Assembly (NCBI GenBank): GCA_015152455.1
Contig: SUTY01000001.1
Span: forward strand, 5,807-69,806
Direction: 5' to 3'
DNA length: 64,000 nucleotides
Origin: Cyanobacteria bacterium SIG32
GTDB lineage: Bacteria; Cyanobacteriota; Vampirovibrionia; Gastranaerophilales; Gastranaerophilaceae
The notes under the pieces are model-generated. The model was not told the DNA's origin. It made no database searches and worked only from the letters and a program-made list of their open reading frames with translations. Positions 18,049 to 28,189 of this stretch are shown piece after piece (position 1 is the stretch's first letter; every line of letters begins with the position of its first letter). Made by a program: the position numbers and the translations under genes.

Positions 18049-18714
18049 TTAAAATTTATTTTGTTCCTTTGAAATGAAAAACTTTGCATCATTGATTGGT
18101 ATTGCAAATCCTATTCCAATATTTGATATATTTTTATCAGGATTATAAATTGATTGATTTATCCCAATAATTTCTCCTGAAGTGTTAAGTAATGGACCAC
18201 CAGAACAACCAGGGTTGATTGCTGCATCAGTCTGGATTCTTTTTTTCACGTAATCAATTCTGGAAATAATACCTTGAGTCATTGTTCCTGAAAATCCAAA
18301 TGGATTCCCTATCGTAAGAACTTTTTGACCAACTTTTATATCATCAGAATTTCCCAAAGTTGCGGTTTTTAATTGTTTTTTAGGCTCGATTTTTATTAAT
18401 GCTAAATCTTTATTTTGATCCATAATCGCAATTACTTTGCCCTTGTAAACTTCTCCATTATATGTTGTAATATCTACATTTTCGCAACCTTCTACGACAT
18501 GTGAGCCTGTTAGTATTAAGCCGTTTTTTGATATTATACAACCAGTTCCTGCAGACATTCCATCTGATAATTGTGCATCAACTGCTACTATTGCAGGATT
18601 TATTTTTTCATAAACTGAGATGTTTAATTTTTCATCAGGTTCATAGTTTTGTGTGAAAGCAATTCCTGTATTCACTATAAGTAAAAGTGTTGTTATTATT
18701 ATCTTTTTTAGCAT
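18049..18714 (-). CDS. secreted trypsin-like serine protease (S1C, HtrA-like core without PDZ)
   Basis: Signal peptide, TGSHVV (His), DLALIK (Asp), GCSGGPL (Ser) catalytic motifs. Confidence 0.8.
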   Translation of the reverse strand: MLKKIIITTLLLIVNTGIAFTQNYEPDEKLNISVYEKINPAIVAVDAQLSDGMSAGTGCIISKNGLILTGSHVVEGCENVDITTYNGEVYKGKVIAIMDQNKDLALIKIEPKKQLKTATLGNSDDIKVGQKVLTIGNPFGFSGTMTQGIISRIDYVKKRIQTDAAINPGCSGGPLLNTSGEIIGINQSIYNPDKNISNIGIGFAIPINDAKFFISKEQNKF

Positions 18715-18899
18715 AAAACTCCTCTTGTAAATATTATGAATATCTCTTTATAACTATTTATCACTCGAAATATTTAATTATTTGTATAGTCAAAATAAAG
18801 TTAAAGTTTTAATAAAAACTATAAAACCATTACATTTATTAACAAAAAATGGAAAAAAAAGTTGGTTTTAACTAAAATATTTGTAAGGAAGGATTAGTT

Positions 18900-20453
18900 A
18901 TGGAATACATTTTAGATATTTTGTATATTTATGTAGCAGTTTATTCAATATATTTTCTTGCATTAGCATTGAGAAACTTATGTGATAAACCTTTTAGAAC
19001 AGAAAAAAAATATTCTCAATATGAGGATAAGGAAAATTTAGCTGTAGTTATTTACTCTCATAATAATAAGGCTAGTTTAGAAGCTCTAATTGAGCAATTT
19101 AAAATGCAAGATTATCCAATTGATTGTTTTAGAGTTTATGCGATTTTGGATAATTGTACAGATGGATCTGAGATTATATTCCAAAATAACAGATTTGTTA
19201 ATGTTGTAAATTTTACAGGCAATACCACTTTAGGTAAAGATCAGGCTGTTTCATTGCTTTTACAACAGTTAGCACAAGATGGTTGGATTGGTTCTTACAT
19301 TTTTATAGATGGTAATAGAGGAATTTCTAATGATTTTCTTTCAACTGTAAATTCCGCATTGGTGAGAAACTCTGTTTTAGGCGGTGAAACAATTGTTCCG
19401 ACTGACAACCTTGATATAATTGACTCTATAAAAGTAACTTATCAAAAATATCACATGAATTTTATTCGTAGAGCTCGCTCTTTGTTTGGATTAGCAGCAC
19501 AAGCTGATTCAGGTTTGTTCATAATCAAAAAAGAAATAGTAGATTCAATAGGCGCAGTCGATTTTAAAGATATTGATTCTGAACTTAAGTATAGCTTATT
19601 GTTATCAAAAATTGGGTTTAAGTGTACATACAATCCTAATATTCAAACAGTAGTAAGTCCTGACGCTTATGAATTTAGACGCCCAAGAATTTCGCAAAGA
19701 ATTACACTTTTTGCAAATTGTATTAAAAAGATTTTTACTCCAAACTTTGTATTTGTTGAGCATGCATTTTCTTTAATAGCGCCAAATTTTTGGCTTTTGG
19801 TATTAATTTATTTGGGTTTGATGAAACACTCTTATAAATATTACTTTTTTGTAGATTTTAAATTTGTACTGCTAACATTCATTATATTGTTGGTAGGTTT
19901 TGGTATTAGCATTATTAATTCAAAATTATCACTAAAAGAGCTTGGATTATTGTTTTTATATCCAATATATTCAATTGGACATATAATCAAAAATTTACCT
20001 CCTGTTAGAAAAATGATTTTAAAATGTACAGAAGGTCGAGTTAATGAAAAAGAAAAACTATCTATAGATGTTGTTGTATTTACAGGAAAAACAGATTTAC
20101 CTTGTAAGTTAGAATTTATTTCAGACAAAGAACTTTCTAAAGTTAGATTTATTTTCAAAAACAAAAAATATACAACAAGCGGATATTTGAGAATGGTGGA
20201 TGCTCTTCAAGAGTTAAAATCAAAGCTAGAGGACTATGGATTTATTTTAAAAATTTGTAGTTGTTGTTCTCATTTTACCTCTTATGTTGACGGTTCAAAA
20301 AATATGTTGAAAGGATATTGCAGTTGTAATTATCCAAGTCCATCAATAAAAGAACCTAAATCAACTCTTATTTGGAATAGTTGTTCACAATTTTCACCAG
20401 CAAGATTGAACAATTTGATTGAGGAAATGATTTCAAACGGAAAAAATGATTAA
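18900..20453 (+). CDS. membrane glycosyltransferase family 2 protein with a C-terminal Cys-rich domain
   Basis: N-terminal TM segment, GT2 pattern LAVVIYSHNN...DNCTDGS, internal TM segments, and a C-terminal CSCCSHF...GYCSCNYP...NSCSQF region. Confidence 0.6.
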   Translation: MEYILDILYIYVAVYSIYFLALALRNLCDKPFRTEKKYSQYEDKENLAVVIYSHNNKASLEALIEQFKMQDYPIDCFRVYAILDNCTDGSEIIFQNNRFVNVVNFTGNTTLGKDQAVSLLLQQLAQDGWIGSYIFIDGNRGISNDFLSTVNSALVRNSVLGGETIVPTDNLDIIDSIKVTYQKYHMNFIRRARSLFGLAAQADSGLFIIKKEIVDSIGAVDFKDIDSELKYSLLLSKIGFKCTYNPNIQTVVSPDAYEFRRPRISQRITLFANCIKKIFTPNFVFVEHAFSLIAPNFWLLVLIYLGLMKHSYKYYFFVDFKFVLLTFIILLVGFGISIINSKLSLKELGLLFLYPIYSIGHIIKNLPPVRKMILKCTEGRVNEKEKLSIDVVVFTGKTDLPCKLEFISDKELSKVRFIFKNKKYTTSGYLRMVDALQELKSKLEDYGFILKICSCCSHFTSYVDGSKNMLKGYCSCNYPSPSIKEPKSTLIWNSCSQFSPARLNNLIEEMISNGKND

Positions 20454-20471
20454 TTTACTTGTAATTCAAGT

Positions 20472-21620
20472 TCAAATTTTTTCCAAGAGTTCTTTTAACA
20501 TGTAAAATGAACCGCAGATGACGGTTAGTTTCCCATCTGAATAATCGAATTTTTCAGTGTATTCTTGTGATGGATATTCACATACGGCTTGTAATTCTTC
20601 GATTGTTGCAGAATTTGGATAATTAAAATGATAAAAATATATTTCATCTCGACCGTCAAATAATTCTTCTATCATAGATTTGTAATCTTTATTATTCAAA
20701 CATCCGAAAATAAAACGCTTATACTTATCCGAATAGTAAAAATCAAGATTTTCCTTTAGTGCCTTTATTCCATTTGGATTGTGAGCAACATCTATAATCA
20801 TATTTTTTTCTGGAATGAATTGAAATCTATATGGATGTTCAACTTTCGTTAGTGCATATTGAATTGTATCCTCAGATATTTTAGGGAATAAATAACGCAC
20901 TGTGGCAAGTGCCAACGATAAATTTTCTTGTTGGTGCATACCTTTTAAAGAAAGATTTGTAATATCTTCAAATGGTGAAATTATCATAAACATTGCATTT
21001 TTTTCGTCGGCTACGTCACGAAAGATTTCATAACCTTCTGCAGTTATAATTGTAGAATTTTCTTTGATAATTCCAGCTTTTTCATAGGCTATTTGTGATA
21101 AATTTTTTCCGAGTCGTTCTGTATGGTCAAAATCAATATGAGTAATTACTGCACAAAGGTTAGACTTTATAACGTTTGTAGCGTCAAATCTTCCACCAAG
21201 TCCAGTTTCCAAAACTACCACATCAACATTTTCATCAGAGAAATATTTAAACATTACTGCAGTAAGAATTTCAAACTCTGTTAAATGAATTTCGTTTTCA
21301 TCTGCGATTTGACAAATTTGTTCTATATAATTTGCAAAAACAGGGCGTGATATTTCCAAGCCTGAGATTTTTATACGTTCTGTGTATTCCAAAATATGAG
21401 GACTTGTGTAAAGCCCAACTTTCATGCCAGCTTCTTGAAGAACAGTTGCAATAATTGAGCATACTGAACCTTTCCCATTTGTCCCAGCAACATGAATACA
21501 TTTTAAGTTGTCTTGTGGATTGTTTAGCAATTCCAAAATTGCAGAAATTCTTTCCAACCCCAATTGGATATGGAATTTACCTTGACTTGTTAAAAGTTGA
21601 ATAGCTTCTTGATAGTTCAT
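20472..21620 (-). CDS. folC: folylpolyglutamate synthase / dihydrofolate synthase
   Basis: HVAGTNGKGS P-loop, Mur-ligase fold motifs; 382 aa. Confidence 0.85.
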   Translation of the reverse strand: MNYQEAIQLLTSQGKFHIQLGLERISAILELLNNPQDNLKCIHVAGTNGKGSVCSIIATVLQEAGMKVGLYTSPHILEYTERIKISGLEISRPVFANYIEQICQIADENEIHLTEFEILTAVMFKYFSDENVDVVVLETGLGGRFDATNVIKSNLCAVITHIDFDHTERLGKNLSQIAYEKAGIIKENSTIITAEGYEIFRDVADEKNAMFMIISPFEDITNLSLKGMHQQENLSLALATVRYLFPKISEDTIQYALTKVEHPYRFQFIPEKNMIIDVAHNPNGIKALKENLDFYYSDKYKRFIFGCLNNKDYKSMIEELFDGRDEIYFYHFNYPNSATIEELQAVCEYPSQEYTEKFDYSDGKLTVICGSFYMLKELLEKI

Positions 21621-21621
21621 A

Positions 21622-23034
21622 TTAATAAAACCTTTGCATTATAGGTAAATCGACTCCACCGGCAAAAGAACGTTCTGTCAATCTTACACCTAAGCAACAC
21701 TGTTTGCGTTTAAATTGGAAACTATATATTTTTCTCACAACTTCGTCAACAATTTCTTTGTTATGTTTGGCGTAAATTTCATCAAGTGGTTTATTTTGTT
21801 CTAAGTACATTTCGATAATATCATCAAGTATTTCGTAAGGAGGTAATCTGTCTTGATCTTTTTGATTTGGATGCAACTCTGCAGACGGAGCCTTATCAAT
21901 AATTGCTTGAGGTATAATTTCACCATTTCGATTTATGTAATTAGATAATTTATATACATTGGTCTTTGTCAAATCGCATATCAAATTTAAGCCTCCAGCT
22001 AAATCCCCATACAATGTGCCAAACCCCATTGCAGATTCTGATTTATTGCTGGTTGTTAATAACAATCTATTATCTCTGTTTGAAAAATACATCAAAATAA
22101 GAGCTCTAAGCCTTGCTTGCAGATTTTCTTCAGGAAGCCCACCATTGCGTTCGTGTGCTATTTCATTCATAAAATTTTCAAATAGAGGTGTAATTGAGTG
22201 TTTTTCTGTTTTTATACCCAAGTTTTGAGCCAATTCTATAGAATCTGTTACACTGCCTTGTGATGAATACATACTTGGCATCATAATACCTAATACGTTT
22301 TCAGGTCCTATAGCATCAGAAGCCAAAGCTGCAACTAAAGCACTATCAATACCACCTGACAATCCTAAAATAACTTGTTTAATTCCGGTATTTTCACAAT
22401 ATTCTTTCAATGCAAAAGTCGTTACTTTGTGAATAAGTTCTTCAATTGGGATTTCTCTATATTCAATTGGTTTATCAAAGTCCACAACTGTGCAATACTC
22501 TTCGCACTCAGGTAGATGTAAAACAAGTTCGTTTTCTCTGTTTTTTGCAAAACTTCCACCTGCATAAATATTTTGATCAGCCATACATACTGAATTTATA
22601 AATACAAAGTCATTTCTTGTGTGTATGCTATCAATAAAATTGAAGTAATCTTCTTTGACAAAATATTTGTTTTTAGCTAATACATACAAGTCACAAATGA
22701 CATCATCTCTATAAATACTATCAACATAAACAGAGTTGTCATTGATATCGAAAAAACCATCTTCAGATATTTGAATTTCACCATTTTGGATTAGTATATC
22801 ACCGATTAAAATAGCTTTTTCATAATTTTTGTTAGCTAATTGCTCATAAAAATTAACTTGCTCGCTTTGGCATTTTTTATCATAAGCTAAGTCTTTGCCA
22901 CCAAGTTCTTCAATGTCGCATTCAGGGAAAATAATCAATTCACAATTAACTGCTTCAGCATATTTGATAATTTGTTCAAAATTAAAAGCGAAGTCCCCTG
23001 TTTTATATTTTGTTTGTGCAATAGCTATTTTCAT
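21622..23034 (-). CDS. nadE: NAD+ synthase with a short, apparently degenerate N-terminal CN-hydrolase-like domain
   Basis: C-terminal LGLSGGIDSALVAALA PP-loop and NAD synthetase motifs. The N-terminal ~190 aa is nitrilase-like (IIFPE) but short. Confidence 0.8.
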   Translation of the reverse strand: MKIAIAQTKYKTGDFAFNFEQIIKYAEAVNCELIIFPECDIEELGGKDLAYDKKCQSEQVNFYEQLANKNYEKAILIGDILIQNGEIQISEDGFFDINDNSVYVDSIYRDDVICDLYVLAKNKYFVKEDYFNFIDSIHTRNDFVFINSVCMADQNIYAGGSFAKNRENELVLHLPECEEYCTVVDFDKPIEYREIPIEELIHKVTTFALKEYCENTGIKQVILGLSGGIDSALVAALASDAIGPENVLGIMMPSMYSSQGSVTDSIELAQNLGIKTEKHSITPLFENFMNEIAHERNGGLPEENLQARLRALILMYFSNRDNRLLLTTSNKSESAMGFGTLYGDLAGGLNLICDLTKTNVYKLSNYINRNGEIIPQAIIDKAPSAELHPNQKDQDRLPPYEILDDIIEMYLEQNKPLDEIYAKHNKEIVDEVVRKIYSFQFKRKQCCLGVRLTERSFAGGVDLPIMQRFY

Positions 23035-23040
23035 TTATTG

Positions 23041-23889
23041 TTACTCCATTTTTAGATAATTTACTTTTTCCCAACTTAAATCTATATATTTAACTTTGCC
23101 TTTTACTTGTTTAACTTGAGGCAAGATAGAAGGAATACGTTTAATTCGATCATAAAGTCCGTCATCAATATGACCTAATCGAATAAGAGCGGTTTCTACT
23201 TTGATATAAATATCTTTAGGATTTCTCAAATCAATATATTCAACATTTTCTTTGGAAAGAGTTTCTACATATTGAGTCATTTTTTCAATTTCCTGTAGTC
23301 GTTTTAAATCCCATTTTGAATAATCATCACCCTTGTTTCCATATGACAAAACTAAAATAGTTTTATATTCTTCAGGCAAAGGTAAATAATCAGGTCCAGA
23401 AATAAAACGTCCGTTTTTTGTGTATGCGGCAATAGGTTTGACGTTAGGATCAGGCGAAATAGTTATAGTCGGAGTTGCTTCACGTACTATTAATTGTACT
23501 CTGGCAGGAAACGCATAACGTCTTACATAAACCTCTTCAATTGGAGGTAGTTCTAATAATTTTTCTTTAAGACTGTCCAAAGGTGCCAAAAATATTGGGA
23601 TAGTTGGTACTTCAACTTCTTTCATTACGCTTTGTATTTTCTGAGTTTTTGTTATCTTATTGTTAACAATTTTGATAACATCAGGTTTACATTTTATAAA
23701 GGCATCACTATTCAAATACCAACCTGGTAAAGTCGAAAAATAATATACTCCTGCTATAATGCCTATTCCTGTAAAAAATCGCACAAGGCTTTTTAAAAAA
23801 CTTTGTTTTTTTTGTCCTTTTCTAATTTCTCGTTCTTTTTGTTTTGTCTTTAATAGCTCTTCGCCATTTTCATATTCTTGTTCTGTCAT
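23041..23889 (-). CDS. ftsQ: cell division protein FtsQ/DivIB-like
   Basis: Charged N-terminus, a single TM segment and POTRA-like region; position directly after ddl in a dcw-type cluster. Confidence 0.6.
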   Translation of the reverse strand: MTEQEYENGEELLKTKQKEREIRKGQKKQSFLKSLVRFFTGIGIIAGVYYFSTLPGWYLNSDAFIKCKPDVIKIVNNKITKTQKIQSVMKEVEVPTIPIFLAPLDSLKEKLLELPPIEEVYVRRYAFPARVQLIVREATPTITISPDPNVKPIAAYTKNGRFISGPDYLPLPEEYKTILVLSYGNKGDDYSKWDLKRLQEIEKMTQYVETLSKENVEYIDLRNPKDIYIKVETALIRLGHIDDGLYDRIKRIPSILPQVKQVKGKVKYIDLSWEKVNYLKME

Positions 23890-24836
23890 TATTTATTCAG
23901 TCCTGCACTATTTAAAATTAGTAACACCAAGTTGTCGTAATTGATTCCCATAACATCTGATTGAGCTGGTAAATCGCTAGTTTCTGTCATACCAGGAGAA
24001 GTGTTTATTTCTAAAACATAAGGAATATCATCAACAACAAGAAAATCTACCCTTGAAACTCCACTACAACCAGCTGTTTTATAAGCCTTAACCGCAAAGT
24101 CTTTGACTTTTTGTGTCATTTCTTCTGACAATTCAGCTGGCAGAATGAATTCAGTCATTCCTTTGGTATATTTAGCTTCATAGTCGTACCATTCGTTTTT
24201 AGGTCTTAATTCCAAAATCTCAGTTGCAAAAGGCTTGCCCTCGTTTTCTAGAACTCCAACAGTACAACCAACACCAACTAAATATTCTTCAATCAAAACA
24301 TCAGGATTGTATTTAGCAGCTTCTTCATAAGCAGCTTGTAATTCATCAGGTGTATTAACTTTTGTCATTCCAAAACTTGAACCTTCACATACTGGTTTTG
24401 TGATTAGAGGATATTTTAGTCCTTTAGTTTTCTCAACGACATCTTCTCCTTTTTGAACATAAACGGATTTGATTAATGGTATATCTGTAGTTGAAAGTAT
24501 GCGTTTAGTGTATTCTTTATGCATACAAACCGCACTTGCCATAACACCACAACCAGTATATGGAATTTTTAAGATTTCTAATATACCTTGAATACAACCG
24601 TCTTCGCCATATTTGCCGTGTAATGCATTATATGCATAATCATAATTACCCTTTTTTAACGTTTCTGAAATATTTTCATCAACAACAACCAATTCAGCAT
24701 TATCAAAACCTAAACGTTTTAAGGCTTCATAGCAGCCTTTTCCAGATCGCATTGATACTTCTTTTTCAGAAGACATTCCACCACAAAGTACTGCTATTTT
24801 AGATTTTTTATCGATTCTATTTTTAAATTCTTGCAT
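23889..24836 (-). CDS. ddl: D-alanine--D-alanine ligase
   Basis: VLCGGMSSEKEVS, ALHGKYGEDGCIQG and EINTSPGMT motifs. Confidence 0.9.
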   Translation of the reverse strand: MQEFKNRIDKKSKIAVLCGGMSSEKEVSMRSGKGCYEALKRLGFDNAELVVVDENISETLKKGNYDYAYNALHGKYGEDGCIQGILEILKIPYTGCGVMASAVCMHKEYTKRILSTTDIPLIKSVYVQKGEDVVEKTKGLKYPLITKPVCEGSSFGMTKVNTPDELQAAYEEAAKYNPDVLIEEYLVGVGCTVGVLENEGKPFATEILELRPKNEWYDYEAKYTKGMTEFILPAELSEEMTQKVKDFAVKAYKTAGCSGVSRVDFLVVDDIPYVLEINTSPGMTETSDLPAQSDVMGINYDNLVLLILNSAGLNK

Positions 24837-25699
24837 AATTCAACCTCTTCTTGATTGTTGCCTCCCAGAAATCTCACTTCTGGAATTAATTTTATACCAT
24901 ATTTATTTTCAACAGCATTTGACATTTTATTCATTAATCTTAAAACATCTAATGAAGTTGCAGTTTTATCATTAATAATAAAATTTGCGTGATTTTCCCA
25001 AACGTGAACTCCACCTTCAGACATTTGCTTTGCGCCAATAGATTCGAGTAATCTGCCAGCTGAATCCCCAGGAGGATTTTTGAAAACACTTCCACAATTC
25101 GGTAGAGCCATTGATGGCTGATGAGAATTTCTAAATGCTAAATTCTCTTGCATCTTCGCTTTAATCTCTTCTGCGTTTTTAGATTCAAGTTCAAATTCAG
25201 CACTTAGCACAATTATATCTTTATCCATACAAATTGAATGTCTATACGCAAATTCCATCTCAGCTTTTGAGTATGTTTTAACATCTTGTCCATCATAAAT
25301 TTTTACTGAAACCAATTTGTCACTAATACATTGACCGTGAGCAGAGGCATTCATACAAATATTTCCACCAATGGAACCAGGAAAACCTATCATAAATTCA
25401 AATCCACTCAAATTATTTTCAGCAACTGTTTGAGCCAGTTTAGGACCTTTAACTCCACAATCTACAACGACTCTATTACCCTTAATTACAATGTTGTCCA
25501 TCTTAGTTGTGACAATTAATGTACCATCATACCCGAATGACGAAACCAGCGTATTAGATAAATTTCCAAAAACTCGCGCTTCAGGTTCTTTCTTTAAAAT
25601 TTCAATAAATTCTTCTACTGTGGTTGGGAAATATACTTTTTTTATTTCTCCACCAATTTTAAAAGATGTAAGGTTTGAAATGTTAAAATTATTTTCCAA
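24794..25699 (-). CDS. murB: UDP-N-acetylenolpyruvoylglucosamine reductase
   Basis: FAD-binding N-domain, GSIGGNICMNA and NCGSVFKNP motifs. Confidence 0.9.
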   Translation of the reverse strand: MENNFNISNLTSFKIGGEIKKVYFPTTVEEFIEILKKEPEARVFGNLSNTLVSSFGYDGTLIVTTKMDNIVIKGNRVVVDCGVKGPKLAQTVAENNLSGFEFMIGFPGSIGGNICMNASAHGQCISDKLVSVKIYDGQDVKTYSKAEMEFAYRHSICMDKDIIVLSAEFELESKNAEEIKAKMQENLAFRNSHQPSMALPNCGSVFKNPPGDSAGRLLESIGAKQMSEGGVHVWENHANFIINDKTATSLDVLRLMNKMSNAVENKYGIKLIPEVRFLGGNNQEEVELCKNLKIESIKNLK

Positions 25700-27056
25700 T
25701 TGCTGTAGCCTCCAAAGTCAAGAGTTCTTTTCCTAAATTTGTAATTGTACCTGCGCCTAAGCCTATAACTATATCACCAGATTTAAGTGTAGGCAAAAGT
25801 TTTTGGGCTACGGTTTTCATATCGCCAGGCAAATGTTCTGCTAAATAATTCTTATTTAATTCCTGAACAAAATTTTCTGAGTTTATTCCTTCTATAGGAT
25901 CTTCGGAAGCTGCATAAACATCAGTAACGATAATTCTGTCAGCCCCATCAAAAGCATCCAAAAATTCACTCCATAAGTTACTTAAACGTGTGTATCTATG
26001 AGGTTGAAATACTGCTATAATATTCCTGTCTTTAAACGCTTTAGTTGCTGACATAGTAGCTTTGATTTCTGTAGGGTGATGTGCGTAATCATCATATATT
26101 GTTATACCGTTAAATTCACCCACTTTTTCAAAACGTCTGCCCATTCCTGTAAATGTAGCAAAATGAGGAACTACTTTTTCCATTTCTACACCAGCTTGAT
26201 GTAAACTTGCAAATACTGCAAGTGCATTATAAACATTATGTACACCTTTTAAGCAGATTTTTAATTTAGATAAAAGGTTGCCTTTAAAATAAATTTTAAA
26301 AGTAGTAAATTCACTACCATAATTAATATTTTTAGCTTGATAATCAGCTGAATTTAATCCGTAAGAAATCATATTTTCACGTCTTATTAGTTTATTAACT
26401 CCTTCGTCATCAGCATTAACAAGAATGACAGAATTTTCTTTTAAATTTGTGATAAAAGTTTCAAATGTTTTTAATATATCCTCCAAACCATTCTTATAAA
26501 AATCTAAATGATCAGCCTCTAAATTATTTATGACAGTAACATTAGGAGTATATTTTACAATTGTACCATCACTTTCATCAAGCTCTGCACTAAAAAATTT
26601 CCCATTTTGACAATGAGCATTTGTGCCAATCTCAGGAAGAATTCCACCAACAACATATGATGGCAAAAGATTTGCCTTTTCTAAAACATAAGAACAAAGC
26701 CCACTGGTTGTTGTTTTGCCATGAGTTCCAGCGTAACCCAGAAATAACTTTTCTGATTTTGATACTCTTGCCAAAATATCGGATCTATGCAAAATTTCCA
26801 AACCTAAGCGTCTTGCCTTTTGAATTTCTGGATTTGAATTTTTTATAGCAGTACTTGCAACAACAATACAATCTTCCGGTAGGTTATTCTCATCATGTCC
26901 TATAAAAATTTTAGCACCCAACTCTCTTAATTTTGTTATATATTTACTGTCATTAATATCAGAACCAGAAACCTCGTGGCCGTTTTCTAGCAAGTATTTT
27001 GCCAAACCACTCATCCCAATTCCACCTATTGCTATAAAATGATATTTTTCTTTCAC
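25689..27056 (-). CDS. murC: UDP-N-acetylmuramate--L-alanine ligase
   Basis: HFIAIGGIGMSGLA, GTHGKTTTS and DDYAHHP motifs. Confidence 0.9.
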   Translation of the reverse strand: MKEKYHFIAIGGIGMSGLAKYLLENGHEVSGSDINDSKYITKLRELGAKIFIGHDENNLPEDCIVVASTAIKNSNPEIQKARRLGLEILHRSDILARVSKSEKLFLGYAGTHGKTTTSGLCSYVLEKANLLPSYVVGGILPEIGTNAHCQNGKFFSAELDESDGTIVKYTPNVTVINNLEADHLDFYKNGLEDILKTFETFITNLKENSVILVNADDEGVNKLIRRENMISYGLNSADYQAKNINYGSEFTTFKIYFKGNLLSKLKICLKGVHNVYNALAVFASLHQAGVEMEKVVPHFATFTGMGRRFEKVGEFNGITIYDDYAHHPTEIKATMSATKAFKDRNIIAVFQPHRYTRLSNLWSEFLDAFDGADRIIVTDVYAASEDPIEGINSENFVQELNKNYLAEHLPGDMKTVAQKLLPTLKSGDIVIGLGAGTITNLGKELLTLEATAIGK

Positions 27057-27148
27057 TTTTTCTATCCCTACTCTTCTTCTAGTGTCTTTTTAAATTATAT
27101 ACTAAAATCCCTTAAAAGTCTGATTGTAATGATTTTTTAATATATTAA

Positions 27149-28189
27149 TTAATCATTTGGTTTGATTAAAAATTTAAGTGCTTTACCCTCTATATGTTGT
27201 TGCATTGCATATTCAACTTTTTCTAATGGTAATGTGTCAGTAATAAGTTTTTCAACTTCAACCTCACCAGATGCTATGTAATCAAGTGCCATTCTGAAAT
27301 ATTTTGGAGTATGGTGAAATACACTCATCATTTTTATATCGCCATAATGCATTTTAGTTGTATCAAAAGTTACTGTTGAACCTGATTTGCAACCACCAAA
27401 AAAGTGTACAGTACCGCCAGGTCTGACAAATGAAAATATTCTTTCCCAAATTTCAGGCAATCCTACACATTCCACTGCAACATCTATACCTTTACCCTCC
27501 TCTGAAAAATCTCTAAATATCATTTCAGGATTTGGATATTTGGTCAAATCAACAATTTCATCAGCGTGTGCAAATTCTTCCGCCATTTTTAGTTTTATTG
27601 GATTTCGCCCTGCTACAATTACTCTTGCACCTTTCAGTTTTGCTAGCCTTGCAAACATTAAACCTATAGGTCCAATTCCAATTATCCCAACAGTATCACC
27701 TTTTTTAATTTCGGTTCTTTCAACACCGTGTACGACATTTGCCAAAGGTTCACAAAATGCGGCTTTATCAAAACTTAAATCATCTGGTAGAATTAGCATG
27801 TTCTTTTTTACAATTCGAGCAGGTACTGTTATGTATTGCGCATATGCGCCATTTAATAAGTCCAAATTCTCGCACAAATTGTATTCTTCTTTTTTGCAAT
27901 AGAAGCATTCACCGCAAGGTGCAGAATTTGCAGCAACAACTCTGTCACCGACTTTAACATTTTCTACGTTACGTCCAACTTTTTCTACAATACCTGAAAA
28001 TTCGTGTCCAAATCCTGATGGTATTGATTTTATCAATACAGGATGCCCTCTGCGGAAAGTTTTTACATCAGTTCCGCAAGTCAATGCAGACATTACTTTT
28101 ACAACAACTTCACCTTCTTCAGGTGGTTTTACCATAACATCTTCATAACATATATTTTGAGGTCCGTAATATTGAATTGATTTCATCAT
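27149..28189 (-). CDS. zinc-dependent medium-chain dehydrogenase (sorbitol/threonine dehydrogenase-like)
   Basis: GHEFSG, structural Zn motif CGECFYCKKEEYNLC, Rossmann GIIGIGPIG. Confidence 0.8.
   Translation of the reverse strand: MMKSIQYYGPQNICYEDVMVKPPEEGEVVVKVMSALTCGTDVKTFRRGHPVLIKSIPSGFGHEFSGIVEKVGRNVENVKVGDRVVAANSAPCGECFYCKKEEYNLCENLDLLNGAYAQYITVPARIVKKNMLILPDDLSFDKAAFCEPLANVVHGVERTEIKKGDTVGIIGIGPIGLMFARLAKLKGARVIVAGRNPIKLKMAEEFAHADEIVDLTKYPNPEMIFRDFSEEGKGIDVAVECVGLPEIWERIFSFVRPGGTVHFFGGCKSGSTVTFDTTKMHYGDIKMMSVFHHTPKYFRMALDYIASGEVEVEKLITDTLPLEKVEYAMQQHIEGKALKFLIKPND

Noticed and set aside
27387-27902. 171-aa ORF antisense to the Zn-dehydrogenase gene, and the many other nested or antisense track ORFs (e.g. 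1216-1440, 8752-9036, 9439-9690, 10354-10656, 19841-20164, 28412-28747, 35452-35736, 41223-41516, 52172-52468, 53709-53990, 62451-62678)
   Set aside because: All lie inside longer ORFs that have clear family motifs. They have biased low-complexity composition and no RBS, which is typical of shadow ORFs in AT-rich coding DNA.
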